Source: Pseudoalteromonas tetraodonis (lineage in GTDB: Bacteria > Pseudomonadota > Gammaproteobacteria > Enterobacterales > Alteromonadaceae). From it: a stretch of DNA of 32,000 nt. Shown piece by piece: positions 18,628 through 27,630 of this stretch. The DNA lies in contig NZ_CP011041.1 in NCBI RefSeq assembly GCF_002310835.1, positions 2,850,001 to 2,882,000 on the forward strand, given 5' to 3'. The notes under the pieces were generated by a model, which saw only the letters and a list, made by a program, of their open reading frames with translations, was not told where the DNA came from and ran no database searches. Made by a program: the position numbers and the translations under genes. Numbering within the stretch: the first letter of the stretch is position 1; every line of letters starts with the position of its first letter.

Positions 18628-20708
18628 CCAAAGAGATAACTAAAACAAAACTACTTGATATCGCTGTTGTAAAAACACATACAGGTCAAATCACTATAAA
18701 ACCTTTGGTTCAGGTGTTAGAAGATTTTAAAGTTGATGATACTAGCGCTTTTAATTCGATTGCTTTGTGGGAAAACAGAGCATTGAATATTGCTAAACAT
18801 GGCACTATTCACTTTGGCGATGACACTTGGATAAGCTATGAAGAAACGCAAAGAAATGTGAATTTTAAAGGTGTTGATGAATTAGCATATCAAATTCGAA
18901 TTTATTCACTAATTAAACTCACACATGGTGATGTTGTAGGCGGTAAACCTCTAAAAATCTCTACACTTCAAAATGATGTAACGTATCTAAATTTATTTGC
19001 AGCCTTCTTAAGACAAAGAGGTTATCACTCATTTCATGAGTTGGAGTTCAAATCTGACTTAGTTATTAGGAATCTCATAAAAGACTATTTATATGAAGTC
19101 AGGAAAATAGCTATTTACAGACAATCACACTCATTTACTAAACTATTTGACGTGCAGCGCAGCTTTCGTCTTTTTGGCCCTAAGGTGTGTAGTGTTTTTA
19201 TTGATGTACTTAACCAACTAAACGAGTTACACCATCCGAGACCAGTCACTTATTCGCACCCTGTCATTCCTACTAAAGTAATGAAAAAAATTCTGAAGTT
19301 TGCAGAAAAAATAGTTGAAAACTCTAAGGATAAGATAGAACGATGGCTAGAATTAAATGCACGCTTAATAGATAGTTTAAATGAAGGCTCCGTTGAACCA
19401 CCGCCCAAAATTAGTACAGGTGAGCTAATAGCAAAACATGTAAGAAACTTACCCGATGAAGTGGAATTCATTCAATTATCCGAAGAATTAGAAGATTTAA
19501 AATTAGCCACATACATTAATATCTTGGCCTATACAGGCATGAGATATAACGAAGTACTTACATGCAAGGTTGGCTGTGCCAATTACAAAGATGATATTTA
19601 TTACATTACGGCAATCATGACCAAAACCGACAACAGTAAGGTTGAGATGGAATGGTTTTCAAACGCTGAAGTACATGAGTGTGTTGGTATTTACGAAAAA
19701 TATGTGTTCGGTATGCAAGAAAGGGCAAAAGCTGTACTTTCTTCATGCAGAGCCAATATAACAAGTAGTCAAGCACACAACTTGAAAGAAGGGTTAGAAA
19801 GAAACCGTCTTTTCGGGGTTTCACATAGTAGCTGTAGTGTTAGTTTTAGCGATGCTGGGCGATTCACAAAATTTGAGGTTAAAAACAGTGAAAACATTGA
19901 GCTTTTTGACTTAACTCTAGACGATGATGATATAGCAGAGCTTGAACGCCTTGAATCTAACTACAAAGAAGTTAGAGGAGAGAATAGAGGTGTCCCATAC
20001 GAAGAAGGCGATACGTTTAGATTAACCGCTCACATGTTTCGACATACGTTGGCCTACTTTGTCATTGCCAATAAATTAGGTGAGCTTGATGATATTAGAT
20101 ATCAATTTAAACATTTAACCAGCCTAATGACGTTTGTTTATACTCGAAGAGCATTTTTGGCCTCAACAACTTTAATTAAAACTACTGAAGAGTTTAATGA
20201 GATTTTAATTGACCGTGTTGCAGAAGAGTTAATAGATGAAGCCGAGTCACAATCACTTAAAGGTGGTGCTGGTGAGCAAATTAATAAAACATCTAAAGAT
20301 CTGATAATAGGTATTACTGATAGTCAAAGTAAAGATTCGACTGTGATTAAGCAGATCCATTTCAGTTCAATTGAAGAACTGAAAAAATTTCTCGTCAAAA
20401 ATATTAAAAACATACGTGGCTTGCCTACGGGGTACTGCACTGCGGGAGAAGCTTGCAAGATAAAAGGAGCAGGAATCCCTAGTGGCTGTGTGTATTGTGG
20501 TAGTAAAATCATTACCAAACGCCACAAGGTCAATTGGCAAGTGATAAAAAAAGATGCGACCCAGAAACTAGAGGCATATGCAGCATCAACCACAGAAGAG
20601 CAAGAAGATTACGAGCTATTTGCTATTCACTGGAAAAATAATATAGCAGCAGCTGACTATGTATTAGATGAAGGCAAAGCGCATACAAACCAAGGAGAAC
20701 AAGCATGA
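18624..20708 (+). CDS. Tyrosine recombinase 3 of trio (GinC-like)
   Basis: Box I AYTGMRYNEVL, LTAHMFRHTLAYFV (H-x-x-R-H), FKHLTSLMTFVYT (H...Y). C-terminal Cys motif GYCTAGEACKIKGAGIPSGCVYCG. ATG 18624 forms an ATGA overlap with the gene 2 stop. Confidence 0.75.
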   Translation: MTKEITKTKLLDIAVVKTHTGQITIKPLVQVLEDFKVDDTSAFNSIALWENRALNIAKHGTIHFGDDTWISYEETQRNVNFKGVDELAYQIRIYSLIKLTHGDVVGGKPLKISTLQNDVTYLNLFAAFLRQRGYHSFHELEFKSDLVIRNLIKDYLYEVRKIAIYRQSHSFTKLFDVQRSFRLFGPKVCSVFIDVLNQLNELHHPRPVTYSHPVIPTKVMKKILKFAEKIVENSKDKIERWLELNARLIDSLNEGSVEPPPKISTGELIAKHVRNLPDEVEFIQLSEELEDLKLATYINILAYTGMRYNEVLTCKVGCANYKDDIYYITAIMTKTDNSKVEMEWFSNAEVHECVGIYEKYVFGMQERAKAVLSSCRANITSSQAHNLKEGLERNRLFGVSHSSCSVSFSDAGRFTKFEVKNSENIELFDLTLDDDDIAELERLESNYKEVRGENRGVPYEEGDTFRLTAHMFRHTLAYFVIANKLGELDDIRYQFKHLTSLMTFVYTRRAFLASTTLIKTTEEFNEILIDRVAEELIDEAESQSLKGGAGEQINKTSKDLIIGITDSQSKDSTVIKQIHFSSIEELKKFLVKNIKNIRGLPTGYCTAGEACKIKGAGIPSGCVYCGSKIITKRHKVNWQVIKKDATQKLEAYAASTTEEQEDYELFAIHWKNNIAAADYVLDEGKAHTNQGEQA

Positions 20709-21169
20709 GTAGCGCATATGATGATATAAAACGTGCTTTTGAAGAGATGAAATCTGATGGCAGCAAGATAACCAAAAATGCAGTAGCAACGAGAGCTAAA
20801 AGAAATATTGCGAATCTATCTAAAGAAGAAGAAAAATGGGTAAAGTTACGAGAAAGTATTGAAAAAGCTCAATTAACTTGGGAAGAAAAAAATAAAGATA
20901 ATTTAATAAAACAACTCAGAACAAAGGTAGCCGAACTAAAAAGCAAGCTTGCTAAAGAAAAGCAAAAAAATAATATCGGCACTAAGGAAATCGATAATAA
21001 AGATACAAAGTTATTAGTGTTGTTGAGTGAAATGTACGCAGAAATAGATAAGCTCAAACTGATTAATGCCGATTTACAAAATCAACTTCAGCATTCAGGG
21101 CAACATACAGAAATAAGAGTGGATACGTCTACTGGTGAAATTATTGAATTAGTTTCAACGAAACAATAG
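20705..21169 (+). CDS. Small recombination accessory protein (GinD / Tn554 TnpC-like): N-terminal HTH-like segment + coiled coil
   Basis: 154 aa. ATGA overlap with recombinase 3 and RBS AAGGAG. The N-terminus ...GSKITKNAVATRAKRNIANLSK resembles the short HTH of TnpC-like proteins. The rest is a K/E-rich heptad-like coiled coil. Confidence 0.55.
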   Translation: MSSAYDDIKRAFEEMKSDGSKITKNAVATRAKRNIANLSKEEEKWVKLRESIEKAQLTWEEKNKDNLIKQLRTKVAELKSKLAKEKQKNNIGTKEIDNKDTKLLVLLSEMYAEIDKLKLINADLQNQLQHSGQHTEIRVDTSTGEIIELVSTKQ

Positions 21170-21391
21170 ATTAGATGTAGTAGCTCATATCTCAACTTAC
21201 AGTTTTGTTGATTAGGCTTAGACTTCACCTGACAGGCAGCAAGAGCGAACAAGAGACGGTCAGAGTGATCTGGATATGTGAACTTAATTCTACAAAGAGG
21301 ACGCTTAGCGACCCCGTTCATGCAATAAAATTGAGTTTAGGCAATCCGCATTAATTGTATAATGATATTTCTGCTTCTAAAGAGTATGTTT

Positions 21392-21769
21392 ATGAGAACC
21401 ATTGGAAAACTGGCAAAAGATTTAGATATCAATGTTGAAACAATCCGTTTCTATGAGCGCCAAGGTCTGATAGAGCAACCTTTAAAACCAGAGTCTGGTT
21501 ACAGAATGTATGGCGATGCCCTTACCAGTCAACTCAAATTTATTCTGAAAGCTAAAGCATTAGGGTTTACGCTGAAAGAAATTGAATCGCTTATGTCACT
21601 AAGTGACAGTTGCGCTGATATTGAGTCGATGGGGTTGCAAAAACTTAATCTCATTCGTAATAAAATTGCTGATTTACAGCGATTAGAGAAAGTAATTCAA
21701 GATATGACAGATTCTTGCAAGGCCAATCAAGACCCTCAATCCTGCCCGGTAATAAATTCACTTAAATAG
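21392..21769 (+). CDS. merR: MerR-family Hg(II)-type metalloregulator
   Basis: MRTIGKLAKDLDINVETIRFYERQGLIEQP is a MerR HTH. Three Cys sit at the positions of MerR Cys82/117/126 (SDSCAD, DSCKAN, QSCPVINSL). ATG 21392 has AAGAG 7 nt upstream, so I prefer it to track start 21362. Confidence 0.8.
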   Translation: MRTIGKLAKDLDINVETIRFYERQGLIEQPLKPESGYRMYGDALTSQLKFILKAKALGFTLKEIESLMSLSDSCADIESMGLQKLNLIRNKIADLQRLEKVIQDMTDSCKANQDPQSCPVINSLK

Positions 21770-21772
21770 CTA

Positions 21773-21804
21773 TTGACCCCGTACTTATGTACGGAGTTTA
21801 TACT
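21773..21804 (+). promoter_or_regulatory. MerR-type operator/promoter in front of merC
   Basis: TTGACC (21773-21778), a 19-20 nt spacer holding the dyad CCGTAC-ttat-GTACGG (21779-21794), then TATACT (21799-21804). The half-sites match the classical merO TCCGTAC-N4-GTACGGA. Confidence 0.75.
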
Positions 21805-21829
21805 ACCTTAAAAATTGAGGTAGATAGTT

Positions 21830-22219
21830 ATGATCAATAAAATTCTAGATAAAGTAGGTTCTGGTGGCGTTTGGCTAGCCGCCCTTAGCTGCACAGCATG
21901 TTTTCCTGCACTCGGCTCATTGGCATCTGCTCTTGGGTTAGGTTTTCTTTCACATTTTGAAGGGATAGCGGTGAACACCTTATTGCCATTATTTGCTTCA
22001 CTAGCGTTGTTAGTTAATTTCTATAATTGGTATCAACATCGAGATTCATTGAGAGGCGTTTTAAGTGTCATTGGCCCAATTGCAGTATTGCTGACCCTTT
22101 ATCCTTTATGGCAATACGACTGGAGCACTTACTTATTTTACTTTGGGATCATTTGGATGGTCGTAATGTCTATTTTAGATATTGTTAAGCCCATTAAGGA
22201 ACCAGTATGCAAGGTATAG
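21830..22219 (+). CDS. merC: Mercury transporter MerC
   Basis: 129 aa and four hydrophobic helices. LSCTACFPALGSLASALGLGFLSHFEG...LLPLFASLALLVN closely parallels MerC (CAACFPALASFGAAIGLGFLSQYEG...LLPLFAALAFLAN). Confidence 0.8.
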   Translation: MINKILDKVGSGGVWLAALSCTACFPALGSLASALGLGFLSHFEGIAVNTLLPLFASLALLVNFYNWYQHRDSLRGVLSVIGPIAVLLTLYPLWQYDWSTYLFYFGIIWMVVMSILDIVKPIKEPVCKV

Positions 22220-22425
22220 AACTAGAATCTAAAATCACTTGCCCTGAATGTGGATTTAGCAAAGTTGAAACCATGCCTACAAACGCTTGCCAATGGTATT
22301 ACGAATGCGAAAGCTGTAAAGCACTACTTAAACCGTTAAAAGGTGATTGTTGCGTTTATTGCTCTTATGGAACAGTTAAGTGTCCTCCTATTCAAGAAGG
22401 CAATGCATGTTGCTCAGGTAAGTAG
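22207..22425 (+). CDS. GDCCVxC-domain small Cys-rich protein
   Basis: 72 aa with CPECG...C...CESC...KGDCCVYCSYG...C...CC. It overlaps the merC stop by 13 nt. Confidence 0.7.
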   Translation: MQGIELESKITCPECGFSKVETMPTNACQWYYECESCKALLKPLKGDCCVYCSYGTVKCPPIQEGNACCSGK

Positions 22426-22447
22426 CCTAGTATTCGGTGGTTCTGTG

Positions 22448-22987
22448 TCAACCAAGTAATATCTTAAATGCGATTGCGATTAACACTAAACCACCAAATA
22501 GTTCAGCTTTAGATTCCAGCCATACGCCACTTCTTTCGCCGATATTCACACCAATCCAGCTAAAGGCAAACGTCGTGACGCCTATTATCAAGCAAGCTAC
22601 GGCTATATCTACCTCAAGCAATGTGATTGCATAACCTGCCGCCATTGCATCAATACTGGTGGCAATAGCAAGAACAAATAGCACACGATGAGTAACATTA
22701 GCAATATCTTCTTCAATTCCTTCAGATTGGGACTCATAAATCATTTTGCCACCGATAAATACTAGCAAAATAAAAGCTATCCAAGGTGCATAATCTTCAA
22801 TCCAAGATGATAAACCTTTACCGCTGTAATAGCCTAAAAGAGGCATAAAGCCTTGGAAAAAACCAAAATAAGCAGCGGCTTTAATAAAGAGCTTTTCAGC
22901 ATTTACTACTTTTTTAGAACCTAAGCCTATGGATACTGCAAACGCGTCCATACTGAGTGCTATAGCTAATACAAATACTTCAAACAA
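22448..22987 (-). CDS. mntP: Manganese efflux pump MntP
   Basis: 179 aa and six TM segments. The duplicated DUF204 signature is present: [13 protein letters not shown] and [10 protein letters not shown]. Confidence 0.8.
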   Translation of the reverse strand: MFEVFVLAIALSMDAFAVSIGLGSKKVVNAEKLFIKAAAYFGFFQGFMPLLGYYSGKGLSSWIEDYAPWIAFILLVFIGGKMIYESQSEGIEEDIANVTHRVLFVLAIATSIDAMAAGYAITLLEVDIAVACLIIGVTTFAFSWIGVNIGERSGVWLESKAELFGGLVLIAIAFKILLG

Positions 22988-23038
22988 ACCGATTAAACCT
23001 GAATAAAATTGTTATAAGATTACGTGACGTATAATTAG

Positions 23039-23770
23039 TTACTTGACTGATGTTAAACACCTAAGATTTACTGACAATTTTTCTATTATCAAAGCCTTAT
23101 TTTTACACCAAATTTCAGCCAGATATTCAGTAACAGTGCCAACACTTGAAGGAAACAGAATATTCCCCGCCACTTTGGCGAAAGGTCCATCAGTTTCGAG
23201 TAGAACTCTATCTTGAGGTATCCACGATATTACTTTTTTAGCTCTGGCTGAAGTTAGCATGGCTGGCCCAATAGAGAAGAAACAGCCTAGCTCGACGGCT
23301 TCTAGAACTTGCTTCTTAGTACCTAAAAACCAATGAAGAATAGAAGTACCAGCATTGGGATGTAACTTAAGTTGTTCAAGAACTTCACCAGTCGCGTTAA
23401 GACTATGGATAGTTAGTATTTTGTCATCAAAGCCTTCACATTTTTTTAGAATATGCGTGAAAACCTCTAATTGATCATCAAAGTAATCAGCGTAACCTTT
23501 TGAGCCATCCAGTCCAATTTCTCCAATATATCTAGTTCTATCAACTAGCTTATCGAATAGTGCTAATTCATTTTTTCTTAGATGAGCAAGTTGAGGGTGA
23601 AGCCCCAAGGCCGTCTTACAGTGTTTTATGCCACTTGTTAACTGGACAGTACCTTCAAAAGCTGAAGGCACCGTAGTTACTGATAGCACGTAATAATTAC
23701 TGCTTTTTATGTCGTTCAATACCTCTTGATGATCTGGATATAAATCAACGTGGCAATGAAGATCCATCAT
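23039..23770 (-). CDS. qatD: QatD, TatD-family metal-dependent hydrolase/nuclease of the Qat anti-phage system
   Basis: N-terminal DLHCHVD (HxH) and C-terminal LETDGPF. ATGA overlap with the qatC stop. It is the fourth gene in a KAP-ATPase / QatB / QueC-like / TatD order. Confidence 0.75.
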   Translation of the reverse strand: MMDLHCHVDLYPDHQEVLNDIKSSNYYVLSVTTVPSAFEGTVQLTSGIKHCKTALGLHPQLAHLRKNELALFDKLVDRTRYIGEIGLDGSKGYADYFDDQLEVFTHILKKCEGFDDKILTIHSLNATGEVLEQLKLHPNAGTSILHWFLGTKKQVLEAVELGCFFSIGPAMLTSARAKKVISWIPQDRVLLETDGPFAKVAGNILFPSSVGTVTEYLAEIWCKNKALIIEKLSVNLRCLTSVK

Positions 23771-25101
23771 GACGATTTATCCGCTTGGAGAAATAATTCA
23801 ACCTCTGCCAATCCTCGCTTAATAGTTGATTCTAATTTTTCTCGTATATCTTTTTCTTGTGGTATTGGCCCTGAACTTCGAAGCCAAGAACGATAGTTAT
23901 CGGATTGTTTCAATCTAATAATGGCAGTTTGAACCGCTTGGAGATCATCGCGAGTATCTTTTTCTTTGATAAGATCTCTCAACCGCTTTGTCTTGTATGG
24001 CGCATCTTGTGTAAAACCAGCATGAAAAACTGACGCTCTTCGAATAAGGCAAGGTACACAATGCCCACACTGTTTATGTTCTCTGTGCCAATGACTGCAT
24101 GAAACACTTAGGGGAACTGCTTTTCTAATTGCGTCTTGATCAACACATTCCGCTAACATTTCACCTTTAGTTTTGAATTGATAGGGGTTTACAAATTTGA
24201 CATGAAACCCAGTGTCTCTAAGCAAAGATTCAAGCCTGCTTAGAAAATTAGGATGAGTAGTTCTAGTGCTATGGCTACCAATCCGTCTTCTGGTAAGCGG
24301 CGGATTTATAGAAATATAGCCATTCTCTGGGACGACAATAGTTTCAATACTGCTATCGCAATTAGCATTTCTTAAGGCTGATATACCAAGTACCGCCATA
24401 GCTAGGAAGTTAAAGCTTCTTCCCCTCATACTAATGTCAGTTTTACCTTCTAAGTGCTTAATAATATGGGGAGACATTGAATAGGACAATTCGCCGAATG
24501 GCGGGGATAATAATTGCTTAATGTCTTCTTGCTTAGCGCCATCACCACGATAAGCGTGACTAACCAAGAGAGGCTTTAAATCTGATTCTCCGTTCAAAAT
24601 ATCAATTGCACCAACTGCGCTATCAAGACCACCAGAAAAAAGGCAAACAGAGTTGAGTCCAATTAATGATTTTGCTTTTGCTTTCGCTTGCTCACTTGTT
24701 TTAGGAGTCGGCATCGGCATAGTTGTTTTTTCAAAAGTAAACAGCCATTGATCGCCTGTAAGAAAGTTGAGCAAAGAACTCAGTTCAGGTTCTACAAAAT
24801 TCCACATATCCTCATCAGTTACAGGAACATGCAAATGCATTTTTCTAGCCCATGCATTTTCTGCATTATCCCTTAATTCAAATGTATCAGCAGCGGTAAC
24901 GGCGGTAGCAATTGTTATCAGATCTATTGAATCAGCATCTACATTCAATCCTAAATCACGAACTGTTTGTAGTAGTTGTTTTGACACCAAGCTGTGCTTA
25001 GTGATGTCATTTTGATGCGTATGAAACATTTGGACAGGATGACAATCATCAGAAAAGTCAGGCAAGTTAGCAGGGTCATGGTTAAAGTAAAAATTAGTCA
25101 T
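23767..25101 (-). CDS. qatC: QatC, QueC-like PP-loop protein of the Qat system
   Basis: PP-loop LFSGGLDSAVGA. Zn-type Cys cluster CSHWHREHKQCGHCVPCLIRR. ATG 25101 has GGAG 7 nt upstream. The track alternative TTG 25122 / ATG 25119 has a weaker RBS. Confidence 0.75.
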   Translation of the reverse strand: MTNFYFNHDPANLPDFSDDCHPVQMFHTHQNDITKHSLVSKQLLQTVRDLGLNVDADSIDLITIATAVTAADTFELRDNAENAWARKMHLHVPVTDEDMWNFVEPELSSLLNFLTGDQWLFTFEKTTMPMPTPKTSEQAKAKAKSLIGLNSVCLFSGGLDSAVGAIDILNGESDLKPLLVSHAYRGDGAKQEDIKQLLSPPFGELSYSMSPHIIKHLEGKTDISMRGRSFNFLAMAVLGISALRNANCDSSIETIVVPENGYISINPPLTRRRIGSHSTRTTHPNFLSRLESLLRDTGFHVKFVNPYQFKTKGEMLAECVDQDAIRKAVPLSVSCSHWHREHKQCGHCVPCLIRRASVFHAGFTQDAPYKTKRLRDLIKEKDTRDDLQAVQTAIIRLKQSDNYRSWLRSSGPIPQEKDIREKLESTIKRGLAEVELFLQADKSS

Positions 25102-25981
25102 TAAAGCTCTCCCATTCATCAACCGTCATAGCAATAGCATCGGCTTGAATTTTAGTAATATTTTCTTTGCTAATAGTACTGGGGTTGCCATTAGTTACTT
25201 TGTCTAACTGCTCTTGTGTAATCACTTTTATTAGTTCCCTTAATTCAACTTCCATTTGATGATGCTTGCTTGCTGGCTCAACATGAAACCAAGCTCTGCC
25301 CATGCCTTCAACCACATCCTGAAAAATAAGGTCTGTTAAATAACAGCCTATGGCTTCTTGGATAACTTCGTCAGTAAAACTGTTTGGGTCAAATTCTTCT
25401 GTATCGGGGAGTGCTTCTTCTAGTGCGTAATCCAACGCAACTCTTACAGCATCCGAATCGGCATTATCAGGCGCTAAATGGCTAGCAATTTTGTCGATTG
25501 CTTGATCAGTCGATAGCCCAGTTAGATCACCTAATGATAAGCTTTGATTATTAACCGTTACGGTGTCGCCACGCATGACACCAAGCAATCCAGAACCAGC
25601 AGTTATGCCGCTTGATAGTCTCCTGCTTGTGCTTTTACCTCCGCCAGAGCCTTTTCTAGAGTAACTTTTTAATGAACGCCTTAGATCTGAGGTTGAGCCA
25701 CCTGTTTGCGCATATTTACCAAATGCTCTTCTGGCACTGGCAAACCTATTTGGAGGCGGTGTTGCTGTAGGTGAACCACCGATTTCTTGTTGAACCTTGT
25801 CATTGTCAATATCATTGCTATTGTCATTCTGATCATCAGCTTGATTATTATCAGAGCCAGCTTGCTCATCCCCATCAGTACCTGATGCAGGTTCTATTGT
25901 GACAGGATCTCCTTGCTCTGCCCAAGATGGAATAAGTGGACTCTTATTATTTGGTCCTGTTGACGATGCGGACGTACCCAT
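25094..25981 (-). CDS. qatB: QatB (Qat system protein of unknown function)
   Basis: N-terminus MGTSASSTGPNNKSPLIPSWA, then an acidic low-complexity tract. It lies between the KAP ATPase and the QueC-like gene. RBS GAGGGA. Confidence 0.65.
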   Translation of the reverse strand: MGTSASSTGPNNKSPLIPSWAEQGDPVTIEPASGTDGDEQAGSDNNQADDQNDNSNDIDNDKVQQEIGGSPTATPPPNRFASARRAFGKYAQTGGSTSDLRRSLKSYSRKGSGGGKSTSRRLSSGITAGSGLLGVMRGDTVTVNNQSLSLGDLTGLSTDQAIDKIASHLAPDNADSDAVRVALDYALEEALPDTEEFDPNSFTDEVIQEAIGCYLTDLIFQDVVEGMGRAWFHVEPASKHHQMEVELRELIKVITQEQLDKVTNGNPSTISKENITKIQADAIAMTVDEWESFND

Positions 25982-25982
25982 A

Positions 25983-26364
25983 TTACTTAGTTCCCTCTAG
26001 TTCTTTTAAAATTGGATTAAGCCATCTTTGGCGGGGCAAGCTTTTTAAAAATGTAAGAAGACTTAAGCTACATTTATCATCCTGCTTGGCAAGTAACACA
26101 GCCCCATAAATGCCTGTTGGTCTTTCGGTCCAATCACCAATCAACTTAAAGTTTTCAATCAAACCATCCATGACTGACATGTATTCTTCCTTCGGAGTTG
26201 TGGTAATCGCAGTAGAGTTAACGCCACTGACCCTTACCTTTTGCTTCATTAATTCTTCTACGAGTTTTTGAGCGGCTCCAGACATTACCGAATTAACAGC
26301 CCCCATTGGAATGCTTTCTCTGCTCAGATATGCCGCTGGTGTCAAATCCATTTCAGTGAACATG
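25983..26364 (-). pseudogene. qatA: qatA 3' fragment (C-terminal 126 codons), separated from the rest by the IS insertion
   Basis: The frame continues exactly from the 5' fragment once the IS and one ATG copy are removed (..KLPP|MFTEMDLTP..). Its apparent start codon is the target-site duplication itself. Confidence 0.75.
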
Positions 26365-27553
<1,189 letters not shown>

Positions 27554-27604
27554 TTTTTCACCCAAATTTGTATGCTTATTAGCATAACATTTCTTTCTTA
27601 ATGG

Positions 27605-27630
27605 GTGACCAAAATCACTGTACCACTACA
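27605..27630. repeat. IS left inverted repeat (IRL)
   Basis: The reverse complement reads tgtagtggtacagtgattttggtcac, identical to the other end at 21 of 26 positions. Confidence 0.85.

Noticed and set aside
15233-21321. Six minus-strand ORFs (61-89 aa) inside or next to the recombinase operon
   Set aside because: All are antisense to long motif-bearing ORFs, or overlap the 3' end of the small coiled-coil gene in the case of 21088-21321. Their composition is low-complexity.
21337-21363. Possible merR promoter (TTAGGC ... TATAAT at 21358-21363)
   Set aside because: The -10 is perfect, but the spacer to any -35-like hexamer is 15 or 21 nt, so it is only tentative.
22437-22634. 65-aa plus-strand ORF
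   Set aside because: It is antisense to mntP.
24688-25875. ORFs 24688-24876 (+), 24767-25015 (+) and 25681-25875 (-)
   Set aside because: They are antisense or out of frame within qatC/qatB.
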